This document shows positions 19,809-29,590 of a stretch of DNA of 64,000 nt, in pieces; position 1 is the first letter of the stretch; each line of letters begins with the position of its first letter. A program made the position numbers and the translations under genes. The notes under the pieces were generated by a model. It was not told the DNA's origin. It worked only from the letters and a program-made list of their open reading frames with translations, and did no database searches. The DNA is taken from positions 15,576-79,575 of the forward strand of contig PJMG01000001.1 in NCBI GenBank assembly GCA_003173895.1. The letters are read 5' to 3'. The stretch comes from Candidatus Levyibacteriota bacterium (lineage in GTDB: Bacteria > Patescibacteriota > Microgenomatia > Levybacterales > UBA12049).

Positions 19809-20012
19809 CAAAAAACCCTTGTAAAAACACCAATAAAAATATTGATATTCTTACAAGGGCCCTTCGACATTGCTCCGGACGGTACCACCTTGCTTTTACT
19901 CATTCATCCTCTTCTTTTATCTTTAAACAAAGAGTGCTGTCTTTTACACTTTCGCCTGTGTAGCTGCTCATCGCAGTCAGCTCATGGGTGGGAAACCCAA
20001 TCAACGCTTTAT
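19809..20012 (-). ncRNA. T-box riboswitch leader (probable Pro specifier)
   Basis: Minus strand: CAAGG-TGGTACC-GTCC...GGGC-CCTTG antiterminator overlapping a CCCTTGTAAG...TTTACAAGGG-U-tract terminator; short stem I containing CCC/CCA. Confidence 0.85.
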
Positions 20013-20018
20013 AAATTA

Positions 20019-20047
20019 AGTATACAAACTAAATTTAACTACGTCAA
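20019..20047 (-). promoter_or_regulatory. sigma70 promoter of the T-box leader
   Basis: TTGACG-17 nt-TATACT on the minus strand. Confidence 0.75.
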
Positions 20048-20140
20048 TAATTAAAAAACTACTTTAGGAAAAAGAAATTTATTTCTTTCTTCTTACATTT
20101 TTCATATTGCAGCTTTGCAAAGGAAGCATTTAATATATCT

Positions 20141-20539
20141 ATGATTAGAAAAGCGGTAGTAGTGGAAGACAATACACCTACTATTGATTCTACTACATCA
20201 CTTAAAACTAAAAAAACTATTTTTCGATTTTATCAAGTAGTGTGGTATATATTGGGAACCATTGAATTATTACTAGCTTTTCGCTTTGCATTAAAATTAT
20301 TAGCAGCTAATCCCTATAGTTATTTTACTAATTTCATTTATAGTCTTTCCTATCCTTTAGTTTTACCTTTCGAAGGCATATTAAGAACTCCTTATATTAC
20401 TAATGGTTATATTTTTGAATGGTCTACTTTGATAGCTATGGCTGTTTATTTAGTTGTTGCTTATCTTATAGTAGAACTTTTACAACTTATCAAACCCGTT
20501 TCTCCAGAAGAAGTAGAAGAGGGTATAAATGAAGAATGA
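20141..20539 (+). CDS. YggT-family membrane protein
   Basis: RFALKLLAANP, FIYSLSYPLVLPFEGI, two TM helices. Confidence 0.75.
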   Translation: MIRKAVVVEDNTPTIDSTTSLKTKKTIFRFYQVVWYILGTIELLLAFRFALKLLAANPYSYFTNFIYSLSYPLVLPFEGILRTPYITNGYIFEWSTLIAMAVYLVVAYLIVELLQLIKPVSPEEVEEGINEE

Positions 20540-20552
20540 AAGTAGGTGAAGT

Positions 20553-20696
20553 ATGGGAATATTAGTAACAATTGCTTTAATACTAGTAATATTTTGGTTA
20601 TTAGGTTTTATTTTTCATATAGCTGGAGCTTTTATTCATATTTTATTAGTTTTAGCAGTAATAAGCTTTATAGCAGGGTTTTTTATAAAGAAATAA
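20553..20696 (+). CDS. small membrane protein (lmo0937/DUF5670-like), missing from the ORF track
   Basis: MGILVTIALILVIFWLLGFIFHIAGAFIHILLVLAVISFIAGFFIKK; AGGTGA SD upstream. Confidence 0.8.
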   Translation: MGILVTIALILVIFWLLGFIFHIAGAFIHILLVLAVISFIAGFFIKK

Positions 20697-20744
20697 TTCT
20701 TAAAGCATTAACAAATATACGAGTTGTGGTATTATTTGTTAACT

Positions 20745-21539
20745 ATGTTTGATGATTTTAAAAAAGAAATAAACCCCTATTGGATACAACTTTTAATGGG
20801 CGGTGGTAGATTATCAGTTAAAAATTCTATCCTTCGAATGTCCTATGAATCTTCACGTAGCAATTACTATACTTTGTCTCAGATTGATGATTGTACTGTT
20901 TATGCGAGAAAAGATTTTCGTTGGAAATTACCTCTTAGAATGACAGTAAAAGCACGTTTTTCACTACCAGCATCTAATCTTCAAACTAAAAATGGATTTC
21001 TAAAAGGTACTGCTGGTTTTGGTTTTTGGAATAATACATTTTCAGTGGATGGACGCGTTCATACTTTACCTGAAGCTATTTGGTTTTTCTATTCAGCTCC
21101 TCCTTCTAATATGAAACTCCTTCCCGGAATTCCAGGATGGGGATGGAAAGCTCAAGTAGTACATACTGCCAGGATAGAAAGTTTTGCTAATGTTTTACCT
21201 ATGGCTGCGGCTATTGGGTTAAATAGATTAACTGGTTACTCTAAACCTGGTGAGCATTTAATGCAACATTTAGCCGGCTCAGATGAAGTACTTATCAATG
21301 AAGATATAACTAAATGGCATGAATATAAATTAGAATGGTATAAAAATTATGCTAAATTTTGGGTAGATGGAAAATTAGTTTTGAGAAGCAAATATGCACC
21401 CTCACGACCTTTAGGCTTCGTAGCTTGGATTGATAATCTTTATGCTATAGCTACACCAATGGGAATCTATAAATTTGGAAAAGTTGATACAAGCTCTCAA
21501 TGGATGGATCTGGATTCAATTAAGATTGAGAAATTATAA
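20745..21539 (+). CDS. hypothetical protein, concanavalin/GH16-like beta-sandwich
   Basis: GTAGFGFWN, WHEYKLEW...FWVDGKLV, FVAWIDN. Confidence 0.55.
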   Translation: MFDDFKKEINPYWIQLLMGGGRLSVKNSILRMSYESSRSNYYTLSQIDDCTVYARKDFRWKLPLRMTVKARFSLPASNLQTKNGFLKGTAGFGFWNNTFSVDGRVHTLPEAIWFFYSAPPSNMKLLPGIPGWGWKAQVVHTARIESFANVLPMAAAIGLNRLTGYSKPGEHLMQHLAGSDEVLINEDITKWHEYKLEWYKNYAKFWVDGKLVLRSKYAPSRPLGFVAWIDNLYAIATPMGIYKFGKVDTSSQWMDLDSIKIEKL

Positions 21540-21553
21540 GGAAATTTCATTTG

Positions 21554-21636
21554 TGCGGATGAGAGGAGTTGAACCTCCACACTCTTGCGAGCACAGCCAC
21601 CTCAAGGCTGCGTGTATACCATTTCACCACATCCGC
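21554..21636 (-). tRNA. tRNA-Leu(GAG)
   Basis: Cloverleaf with long variable arm; anticodon arm CAGCC-TTGAGGT-GGCTG. Confidence 0.95.
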
Positions 21637-21697
21637 GTGTGTACAATTATAACAAATCTTACTATTCAGCTGTTGAAGTAAATTTCAAATAACTTAG

Positions 21698-21781
21698 TGT
21701 CGGGGGAGGGACTTGAACCCTCACGCTTTTTAAAGCATAGCGTTCTGAACACTACGTGTCTACCAATTCCACCACCTCGAC
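21698..21781 (-). tRNA. tRNA-Leu(CAG)
   Basis: Cloverleaf with long variable arm; anticodon arm TAGTG-TTCAGAA-CGCTA. Confidence 0.95.
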
Positions 21782-21884
21782 ATGCTTTTAAATTATACAC
21801 TCAAATAAGCATAATTCCTACTTCTTTATTCAAAATTCCTATCAAAATTTGACAAGTTTTTTAAAAAGTGACACTATAAATTGG

Positions 21885-22460
21885 ATGCGGAAACTGCTCA
21901 GTTTTTTCACATTTTTTGCTATTACACCGCTAGTACTTTTAATAAGTATAGTGTTTTTTTCTTATCGAAGTTTCCAAAGTCAAAACGCATTTAACATAAC
22001 TAATCTTTATCCATCTAAAACCATAGCTTTTTCAGCTATTCCTACGGATCCAAATTTAATAGATACTCAAATTAATACTAGTGATAGTAGAATAGAGCGG
22101 CTTTATCATTTTTTTAGTGTATACAATTCACCTTTAGCCAATTATGCACAGCAATTTGTAAGCGTAGCTGATCAATATGGTTTAGACTATAGACTTCTAC
22201 CTGCTATAGCTGCTCAAGAATCAGGACTTTGTGCTACCGCACCTAAAGATTCATATAATTGTTGGGGATGGGGAATTTATACTCATAAAATGACTATTTT
22301 TTCTTCTTATGCGGATGCTATTAATTCTATTGGTAGACAAATGTCCCAAAATTATTATAGTAAAGGGCTAACTACACCTGAATCTATTGGTAAAGTTTAT
22401 AACCCAGCTAGCCCAGAAGGATGGGCTAATCATATAAATTACTTCATAAATCAAATCTAA
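21885..22460 (+). CDS. membrane-anchored lysozyme-like/glucosaminidase-like protein
   Basis: N-terminal TM; LLPAIAAQESG, NCWGWG; the TTG at 21849 is part of the TTGACA -35 box. Confidence 0.7.
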   Translation: MRKLLSFFTFFAITPLVLLISIVFFSYRSFQSQNAFNITNLYPSKTIAFSAIPTDPNLIDTQINTSDSRIERLYHFFSVYNSPLANYAQQFVSVADQYGLDYRLLPAIAAQESGLCATAPKDSYNCWGWGIYTHKMTIFSSYADAINSIGRQMSQNYYSKGLTTPESIGKVYNPASPEGWANHINYFINQI

Positions 22461-22480
22461 AGATATTATATAATCATTGG

Positions 22481-23923
22481 GTGAATAAAGTTTCTCAACC
22501 AAATCTCAAATCAAAAGTCATTAAATCTTTTTCCTATTTACTTTTAAGAGAAGCTGGCATGAAAATTTTTGCTTTTTTAGGTCAGATTTTCTTAGCAAGA
22601 CTTCTTTTACCAACGGACTTTGGAATTTTTGCTATTTTTTCTTTTGTAATAAATTTTTTCCAACTTTTTACTACGTTAGGTTTTAATTATTCTATTATTC
22701 AACGGGAAAAAGAGATTACTAAAAAAGAAATTAATACTTCTTTTTTTATTCAAGAATTTTTTTCATTTTTATTTGTAATTTTAATTTTTATATTTGGCTC
22801 TAACTTAAAATTATTTTATCCAAATTTATCTACTACCAACATTTCTTGGTTAAAACTCTTCTCCTTAGGTATGATTATTACTCCCTATAGTAATACTGTT
22901 ACTGCTATTTTGGAGCGAAAATTAAGTTATAAGAAAGTTTCATTTGTAGAATTAAGTGGAGTAGTGATTTATGAAATTATAGCAGTAATTTTAGCTTTTC
23001 AGAGAATGGGTGTATTAAGTTTTATAATAGCAATTTTAGTGAAAGAAGTTTTTCAAGATATTTTACTTTTCATTTTAGAACCTTATTTACCAACTTTATC
23101 TTTTGATGCTAGAAAAATTAGATCACTTTTAAATTTTGGGCTTTTTGTGCAATTTCAGGGATTTTTAACTCTACTTTTAAATTCACTAAATCCCATTATT
23201 ATAGGTAAATTTCTTAATACATATTTTGTGGGTATTATTGATTTTGCAGCTACTATTGGCTATGCGCCTGAAGCACTAGCAGATAATTTAGGAAGAGTAT
23301 CCTTTGCTTCATTTTCTCGAATTCAAAAACAGAGAAAATCTCTTATAAGAGCAGCTCAAATCTCCACTAGTTTTATAGCATCTATTTGTTTTTTTGTTCT
23401 TATGATTATTTTTACCAGTGGATTTGATTTAATCAATTTTGTCTTCACTAGTAAATGGGTACTTTCTATCATTTCTATTTATTTCTTTTCTATTTCTATG
23501 CTTTTTTATTCTCTAAGAAGTCCATTGGTACAGATAGTTTTAGCTATGGGTAAATCTAAAGTATATTTTAGTATTAATTTAATAGGTTTTATTATCCAAG
23601 TAATATTATCATTAATCTTAATCAAACACTTTTCTTATAATTCTATAGCCATTGCAGCAGCTATTTCTACATTTTTAACTTACTTAATGTACCTTATAGT
23701 TCTTAATTTTCTCGATACAAATATAGGAAGCTTAAGGCTAATTATGCCCAAAATATTTATCTTTATATTGTCTTTAATTTTTAATTATGGCATGATCTTT
23801 TATCTGGTAAATATCACTTTTTGGTATAAAATAGCTTTTGATAGCATTTTTTATTTCTTATTATATTTTGTGTTCTGTAAAGAAGAATTTAAAGAACTTT
23901 TATCTTTAGTTAAAAACATTTAA
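22481..23923 (+). CDS. polysaccharide flippase (Wzx/WzxC-like)
   Basis: LARLLLPTDFG, SIIQRE, many TM helices. Confidence 0.88.
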   Translation: MNKVSQPNLKSKVIKSFSYLLLREAGMKIFAFLGQIFLARLLLPTDFGIFAIFSFVINFFQLFTTLGFNYSIIQREKEITKKEINTSFFIQEFFSFLFVILIFIFGSNLKLFYPNLSTTNISWLKLFSLGMIITPYSNTVTAILERKLSYKKVSFVELSGVVIYEIIAVILAFQRMGVLSFIIAILVKEVFQDILLFILEPYLPTLSFDARKIRSLLNFGLFVQFQGFLTLLLNSLNPIIIGKFLNTYFVGIIDFAATIGYAPEALADNLGRVSFASFSRIQKQRKSLIRAAQISTSFIASICFFVLMIIFTSGFDLINFVFTSKWVLSIISIYFFSISMLFYSLRSPLVQIVLAMGKSKVYFSINLIGFIIQVILSLILIKHFSYNSIAIAAAISTFLTYLMYLIVLNFLDTNIGSLRLIMPKIFIFILSLIFNYGMIFYLVNITFWYKIAFDSIFYFLLYFVFCKEEFKELLSLVKNI

Positions 23924-24004
23924 CTTCAACTATTTAGACTCTTACTCTAATCCAATCGCTTGCTTGACCTATATTAATATCTTTAGTAAAATGCTGTCTT
24001 AGAT

Positions 24005-24655
24005 ATGACAAATGAAATAATTTCTAATCTCATAGGAGTTACTAAAAGATGGTTCGTAGGTGGTCAAAACATCCGAGAATTTGATTTAGATAAATCTCTC
24101 TTAGATCAAGAGAGTAATATTCTATTAAATGATTTGAAGTATAAAGTGGATCTCTTTGTAAAAATTTTTGGAAATCAAATAAATTCAATTATTTCCAATA
24201 CCGATTATTTTAATACATTTAAATCTTCATTAGGACTTATATTATTACCTTTAAATGTAGATAGTAACTACAATGTGGATATAATTAGAAATGTGCAAAA
24301 TAAATTAAAAGAAGAAGCACCTACTTTAGAAACTTTATCTGTTCAAGATTATTATAAATCTGTAATGACATCTGGTCTAGCTGCTGAAATTGGTCCGTTA
24401 TGGCAAGAGAGATTAAACTTAGAACGATTAAATACAGATTTTATTAGGAAATATTCTAATTCATCTTATGTAGGTGAAGATGTATTAAAACAAGATGATA
24501 ATAGAAATGAAGAAATTAGTAGAAGAATAAGGTTATTAAACAATTATCCATCTGAATATGATAGATATCAAGCTGATAGACAACAGGCAGATTTACTGGA
24601 TTTGAAAATCAAATACATATTACAATCTTTTGAAAGTAGGGCAGTTACAAAATAG
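24005..24655 (+). CDS. hypothetical protein
   Basis: 216-aa ORF with TTGACC/TAAAAT promoter-like boxes upstream. Confidence 0.55.
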   Translation: MTNEIISNLIGVTKRWFVGGQNIREFDLDKSLLDQESNILLNDLKYKVDLFVKIFGNQINSIISNTDYFNTFKSSLGLILLPLNVDSNYNVDIIRNVQNKLKEEAPTLETLSVQDYYKSVMTSGLAAEIGPLWQERLNLERLNTDFIRKYSNSSYVGEDVLKQDDNRNEEISRRIRLLNNYPSEYDRYQADRQQADLLDLKIKYILQSFESRAVTK

Positions 24656-24794
24656 ACTAAATTTAGTCTTATATTAAGATAGCATTTGCTAGAGATCCTC
24701 ATTTTAGCCTCATTTTTAGACCAAAATATTCATTCGCTTTAATTTCGTATTGCCCCTTGACAATCCTATAATTATTTGGTAATATATTTATTAG

Positions 24795-24838
24795 ATCCTA
24801 AGGTATGCCTATCCAATGCATACGTTAGGATTTTTTTT
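24795..24838 (+). terminator. intrinsic terminator-like hairpin in a 5' leader
   Basis: ATCCTAA-G-GTATGC/GCATAC-G-TTAGGAT plus U-tract, just downstream of TTGACA-17-TAATAT (24757-24785). Confidence 0.65.
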
Positions 24839-24883
24839 ATGCACTAATATTTATGTAATAGTGCAAGGTAAATCAAACAATTT

Positions 24884-25435
24884 ATGAAGACAAAAATTAT
24901 ATTTTTTGTCCTCACAATATTTTCTCTTCTTCTTTTTAAATTTCCACAACCTATCTCAGCAGACACTCAAAATTCTAATTTTAGAGCTGTCTTAACTTCT
25001 AGTGATACTAGTGATTATCGTGCTATGGCTCTTAAGAGTTTTTTAGAGAAAAATAATTCTCCTTTAGCACCTTATGCCTTTTATATGGTAAATAAAGCTG
25101 ATCAATATGCTATACCTTGGGATTTACTAGCTGCTATATCAGGAACTGAATCTACTTGGGCTACAGCAGAACCCGCTAACTGTTATAACGCTTGGGGATT
25201 TGGAATTTATGGGGATCAAACTCGCTGTTTTAATTCATATGAAGAGGCAATTGACACTATTTCTAAATCTATCCGAACAGATTATATTGATAAAGGTGGA
25301 TGTAGATATGTAGATGACATTGGCAGAATGTATGCGTCATCTCCTTATTGGGCTGATCATACTAAAGGTTTCATGCAACAAATCGAAGACTACGCTGAAA
25401 GTTATAAAATTTATTCACTTCCAATTTCCATGTAA
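24884..25435 (+). CDS. secreted lysozyme-like protein, paralog of 21885..22460
   Basis: Signal peptide; SPLA.YA, LLAAISGTEST, NAWGFG. Confidence 0.7.
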   Translation: MKTKIIFFVLTIFSLLLFKFPQPISADTQNSNFRAVLTSSDTSDYRAMALKSFLEKNNSPLAPYAFYMVNKADQYAIPWDLLAAISGTESTWATAEPANCYNAWGFGIYGDQTRCFNSYEEAIDTISKSIRTDYIDKGGCRYVDDIGRMYASSPYWADHTKGFMQQIEDYAESYKIYSLPISM

Positions 25436-25457
25436 GATTTGGTATACTAAGTCTCAC

Positions 25458-25539
25458 GGGTCGGTGGCGGAATTGGTATACGCGTATGGTTTAGGACCAT
25501 ATCCCGCAAGGGTTGGGGGTTCAAGTCCCTTCCGACCCA
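25458..25539 (+). tRNA. tRNA-Leu(TAG)
   Basis: GGGTCGGTGGCGGAATTGGTA...TATGG-TTTAGGA-CCATA...CCGACCCA; sits upstream of tig as usual. Confidence 0.95.
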
Positions 25540-25551
25540 CTAATTAAACTT

Positions 25552-26460
25552 ATGGCAAATAAGAAAACACAAACTAAAAAAACCGAAGTTAAGAAGACAG
25601 AAGAGCAGTCAACTAAAACTGCTACTCAACCTGGTATGAAGCGTGAAGAGAATGGAAATATAGTTTTAACTATAGCCATTCCAAGTGCCAATATTAAAAA
25701 AGTCTATGAGGAAGAAATAGGAAATGCAGTAAAAAATGCTACTTTACCTGGATTTAGGCCCGGAACTGCACCTAGAGCCATGGTGGAACCTAAATTAGAT
25801 AAAGAGAAATTAAAAGAAGAAGCTTTGAAAAAACTATTACCGGAATTTTATTTAAAAGCTATTGATGAAAATAAATTAAAACCTGTTATCTCTCCTAGAA
25901 TTCATATAGAAAAATTAGATGATCCAGAAATGGGGAATAATTGGACATTTGAAGCGACTACTTGTGAAGGACCTGACGTGAATTTAGGGAACTATAAAGA
26001 TGATATAAAAAAACTAACTGCTAAAAGCAAAATTATAGTTCCAGGAAAAGAACAACCAAAACCTAGTTTAGATGAAATTTTAGCAATACTCGTAAAATCA
26101 GTAAAAGTACTTATGCCTCAAATTATATTAGATGCTGAAACTGAAAGACTTTTATCACAGCTTTTAAATGAAATTAAAAGACTAGGGTTAACTTTAGACC
26201 AATATTTAGGATCAAGTAAAAAAACTATTGAGGAGTTAAAAAAAGATTATGAAGAAAAAGCTAAAGCTGATTTAACTATAGAGTTTGCATTGGCTAAAAT
26301 AGCTGATACAGAAAAAATTGAAGTTGCTCCAGAAGAATTAAATGAAGCTTTAACTAAAGCCCAAAGTCCTGCGGAAAAAGAACAGCTTCAAAAAAATATG
26401 TATCTACTAGCTAGTGTTCTAAGACAGCAAAAAACTTTAGACTTTTTGAAAAACCTTTGA
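25552..26460 (+). CDS. tig: trigger factor (short form, PPIase domain apparently absent)
   Basis: LPGFRPGTAP ribosome-binding motif; C-domain IADTEKIEV; about 302 aa. Confidence 0.85.
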   Translation: MANKKTQTKKTEVKKTEEQSTKTATQPGMKREENGNIVLTIAIPSANIKKVYEEEIGNAVKNATLPGFRPGTAPRAMVEPKLDKEKLKEEALKKLLPEFYLKAIDENKLKPVISPRIHIEKLDDPEMGNNWTFEATTCEGPDVNLGNYKDDIKKLTAKSKIIVPGKEQPKPSLDEILAILVKSVKVLMPQIILDAETERLLSQLLNEIKRLGLTLDQYLGSSKKTIEELKKDYEEKAKADLTIEFALAKIADTEKIEVAPEELNEALTKAQSPAEKEQLQKNMYLLASVLRQQKTLDFLKNL

Positions 26461-26472
26461 TAGTATATTCTT

Positions 26473-27261
26473 GTGAATGACGATAAAAATAATAACGATC
26501 CTCTAAAAATTCAGCTTTTTGGTAAACCCACTAATGCGTCTACTAGTTCTTTAAAGAACCAAGTTTTAGGCCCTTCTAAACCTGTTCATAAAAAACCACC
26601 TAAAATAATTCATAATTATGAAACCTTATCAGAACCTGTAGACGAATTAAAAAAAGACTTAAATAAACAAGTGGGCGCTAAAGATAGTATTAAAAAAGCC
26701 TGGGAACAACTATTGGGTGCAGATAATCTTTTCTTTGGTAAAACTGGTGGGAGTAGTGGAGGACTAGAACCAGGACAAGAACTAGATTTAAAAGCATTAC
26801 AACAGCAGCAAGAACAAAAAAATGAAGAAGAGCAAAAAAAACATAATATAGATCCTCATATTAAATATAAGGATGAAATCTTACATGGTACTGAAAGAGC
26901 CATTCAAAAAGAACGTCAAGAAACTACTCGTCAAGTACAGGAATTAGTAGTAGACGTAAGACAAGCAGGTGCGGCAGCCCAAATGGACAGACAAGCTATT
27001 CAAGCTACTGAAGGTTCTATGCAAGATGTAGGTATATCTCATAAAAGACATTTACAACGATTATTATCCTGGCTCCAAGAGTTAAAAACTAAACTAGAAG
27101 ATGGAGAAAGTTGGGTAAATGCAGTACAAGGTAAGAAAAATATGAAAGGTAAAATCGGTGCTCCTGCTAAACAACAATCTAAACATCAGATGAATATTAA
27201 GAAAATGGGAGAAAAATATAGACAATCCGGAGAGCGTGCTCTTAATAGCTCTGGAAATTAG
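26473..27261 (+). CDS. hypothetical protein (DUF5660-like)
   Basis: LEPGQELDL, VGISH...LLSWL...ESW pattern recalled from Microgenomates proteins. Confidence 0.5.
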   Translation: MNDDKNNNDPLKIQLFGKPTNASTSSLKNQVLGPSKPVHKKPPKIIHNYETLSEPVDELKKDLNKQVGAKDSIKKAWEQLLGADNLFFGKTGGSSGGLEPGQELDLKALQQQQEQKNEEEQKKHNIDPHIKYKDEILHGTERAIQKERQETTRQVQELVVDVRQAGAAAQMDRQAIQATEGSMQDVGISHKRHLQRLLSWLQELKTKLEDGESWVNAVQGKKNMKGKIGAPAKQQSKHQMNIKKMGEKYRQSGERALNSSGN

Positions 27262-27314
27262 TTTCACAATTTTATTGACTTATTTACTATTATAATGCTA
27301 AACTAATAAACATT

Positions 27315-27442
27315 ATGAATTGGCAGTGCCTTCACTATACAACTATTAATCTCTCAGCTAGAGGGATGCATTTGTGTGGGAGGATACAAGTCTAAAAAGA
27401 AATTAAATAAAAAATTCAACCTCCCAAAATGGGAGGTTTTTT
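27315..27442 (+). promoter_or_regulatory. candidate leader-peptide attenuator (uORF 27315..27395 plus terminator)
   Basis: uORF MNWQCLHYTTINLSARGMHLCGRIQV*; TGGGAGG (27377) can pair with the 5' arm of terminator AACCTCCCA-AAA-TGGGAGGTT-TTTT. Confidence 0.5.
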
Positions 27443-27449
27443 AATATTT

Positions 27450-28262
27450 ATGATAAGCGAAAACGAACAACTTAAACAAATCCAAGAAGCTAAAGCTAAT
27501 TTAAAAATAAGCTATGATAATTATTGGCGACGAAGACGTGAGGTAGGCAATCCTCACATGAGCCAAGAAATATACACATTAAGAGAAAAATTGGCACAAG
27601 CAGAGGAAGGATATAGACAAACGCTAGGTATAGATGGAATAATTGTTCCCTCACATTTTAATTCTTTTTCAAACGAAAGAAATAAAATTAGAGATTTACA
27701 AGATCGTTTTGGAATGGAAATCACTACTGTGGGAAGAATTGGTACATTGGCTTTAAATGGAGAAGATCCAATTAGAGCTGCTGAAATATTAGAAGAGCGT
27801 GGTATACACTATGCAATATTAGTATCTGGTCCTGGTGGATCATATATTATAGAAGGAAGTAAAGGACAAAAACATAGTAATATAAGAGAAGCTTTGTGGG
27901 GAGTAGAACCAGAAATTGGTTTAAGACGTCCTGATGTGTCAGGTTTCATTTTTAATATCGATGGTAGAAAATTTTTTGTTACAGACGACCCTACGGGGGA
28001 TATGCTATGGCCTTCGTTACATTTTACCTTAGATAGTGGATATCAAATGGGCGCAGAAGTATTAAACGTTAACTCTAATCTTAATGGAGCAAGAAATATT
28101 TTTAATAAAACCAGACGTCAAATAGGAATAAAAAGATTAGATGATAAATCTGCAGTCATTTTATTAGGTGAAAGTTTAAAGCCTCTAATATTAAACACAT
28201 TTAATATGCAAGCAAAAATTAATCAAATAGAAGCGCGTATTAAAGGCCATCAATTTAATTAG
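27450..28262 (+). CDS. hypothetical protein
   Basis: ATG at 27450; the ORF-track start at 27429 lies inside the terminator. Confidence 0.6.
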   Translation: MISENEQLKQIQEAKANLKISYDNYWRRRREVGNPHMSQEIYTLREKLAQAEEGYRQTLGIDGIIVPSHFNSFSNERNKIRDLQDRFGMEITTVGRIGTLALNGEDPIRAAEILEERGIHYAILVSGPGGSYIIEGSKGQKHSNIREALWGVEPEIGLRRPDVSGFIFNIDGRKFFVTDDPTGDMLWPSLHFTLDSGYQMGAEVLNVNSNLNGARNIFNKTRRQIGIKRLDDKSAVILLGESLKPLILNTFNMQAKINQIEARIKGHQFN

Positions 28263-29566
28263 TTCCCGAAGAAGTTTTCGTCGAATTCCATTTGTTTTTC
28301 AATATTTTTTAGAGCGAAGTTTTCATTCATCCCATGCATCATGCCATCTTCGTTAGCAAAAGGAACTAATACCTGAGGTTTATTTAAGGTTTGATCAAAG
28401 AAAACTATGACAGGCTCTGTTCCACCTACATATCTATGCAAAACTTCTTGGTTAAATATTTCTGAAAGTATTTTTTTAGCTTTTAAAACATATTTATTAT
28501 CTACATTAATTCTGACTGGATAAGTAGCTGCTTCTGATTCAAACTCATACTCAATATAGTCTGGAATATTTTCTTTAATAAATTTTTTAAGTTGTGAAAG
28601 AATTTTTTCAGGCACTTGGTTATTTACCAACCTTATATTAAATTTAACTGTAGTTTTAGATGGAATACTGTTTCGATATCCCACTCCTGTATAACCTGAA
28701 TTAAAACCTGTAATTTCTATACTAGGTTTTTGTCCTGTTTGCTGATATAAGTCTAAACCTTCTTCTGTTAAAACAGTCTTAGTTCCAGTATTTTTTTTAT
28801 AAGTTTCTAAGTCAAATGGAATCATTACTGATTTATCTAAAGGTAAAACATCTTCATAAAATCCTTCTATCATTACTTTTCTTTCATCATCAAAAATTTT
28901 ATTAATAAATGTTATAGCTTCTTTTACAGAACTGGGCGCCGCCCCTCCATAAAGTCCGGAATGTAAATCATTATTAGAAGAGAAAAAGGTGAGAGTACAA
29001 TTTATGACTCCACGCGTTCCTAACTCTATCGTAGGTTGTCCTGCTGACATTTCACCATCTGAAATCATGATAAAATCGCATTTTAAAAGATTTTTATGCT
29101 CTTTTATAAAACCTTCAATAAATTCTGATCCTGTTTCTTCATTTCCTTCTGAAATAAATTTAATATTATATTTTAATTTTTTCTCTTTTATTAAGTTAAC
29201 AATGGTAATCATATGAACAAAAAGTTGTCCTTTATCATCCATAATCCCACGACCAAATAATTTCCCCTCTTTTTCTACTACTTCAAATGGTTCAGTGTCC
29301 CAACCATCCTCTTTAGATGCAGGTTGTACGTCATAATGGCCATAGATAAGACAAGTTTCAGCATTAGGGTTAACCACATATTCAGCAAAGAAAACAGGAT
29401 TTCCTTCAGCTTCAAAAGTCTGCGTTTTAAAACCTACTGATTCTAAATATTTAGAAAAAAATTCAACCGTTTTTGTAGCTTCTCCTTTTAAGGAAGTATC
29501 AGCAGAAACAGTTTTAAAAGAAATTAATTCCTTTACTAATTTTTTATATTCATCAAGCATTTGCAT
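28259..29566 (-). CDS. M20 dipeptidase (CNDP/Dug1-like)
   Basis: YGHYDVQP, GRGIMDDKG, EGNEETGS, DLHSGLYGG, HGMNENF. Confidence 0.9.
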   Translation of the reverse strand: MQMLDEYKKLVKELISFKTVSADTSLKGEATKTVEFFSKYLESVGFKTQTFEAEGNPVFFAEYVVNPNAETCLIYGHYDVQPASKEDGWDTEPFEVVEKEGKLFGRGIMDDKGQLFVHMITIVNLIKEKKLKYNIKFISEGNEETGSEFIEGFIKEHKNLLKCDFIMISDGEMSAGQPTIELGTRGVINCTLTFFSSNNDLHSGLYGGAAPSSVKEAITFINKIFDDERKVMIEGFYEDVLPLDKSVMIPFDLETYKKNTGTKTVLTEEGLDLYQQTGQKPSIEITGFNSGYTGVGYRNSIPSKTTVKFNIRLVNNQVPEKILSQLKKFIKENIPDYIEYEFESEAATYPVRINVDNKYVLKAKKILSEIFNQEVLHRYVGGTEPVIVFFDQTLNKPQVLVPFANEDGMMHGMNENFALKNIEKQMEFDENFFGN

Positions 29567-29590
29567 ATCTAGTTTAGTATAACGTATTTA

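Noticed and set aside
19713..20054. 113-aa plus-strand ORF
   Set aside because: Antisense to ocd and the T-box leader; no protein-like features.
20546..20752. 68-aa ORF in the track
   Set aside because: Wrong frame; the overlapping 20553..20696 frame encodes a recognisable membrane protein with an SD.
21475..21681. ORFs overlapping tRNA genes (also 25314..25547 and the 25513 extension of tig)
   Set aside because: They run through tRNA-Leu genes and are spurious.
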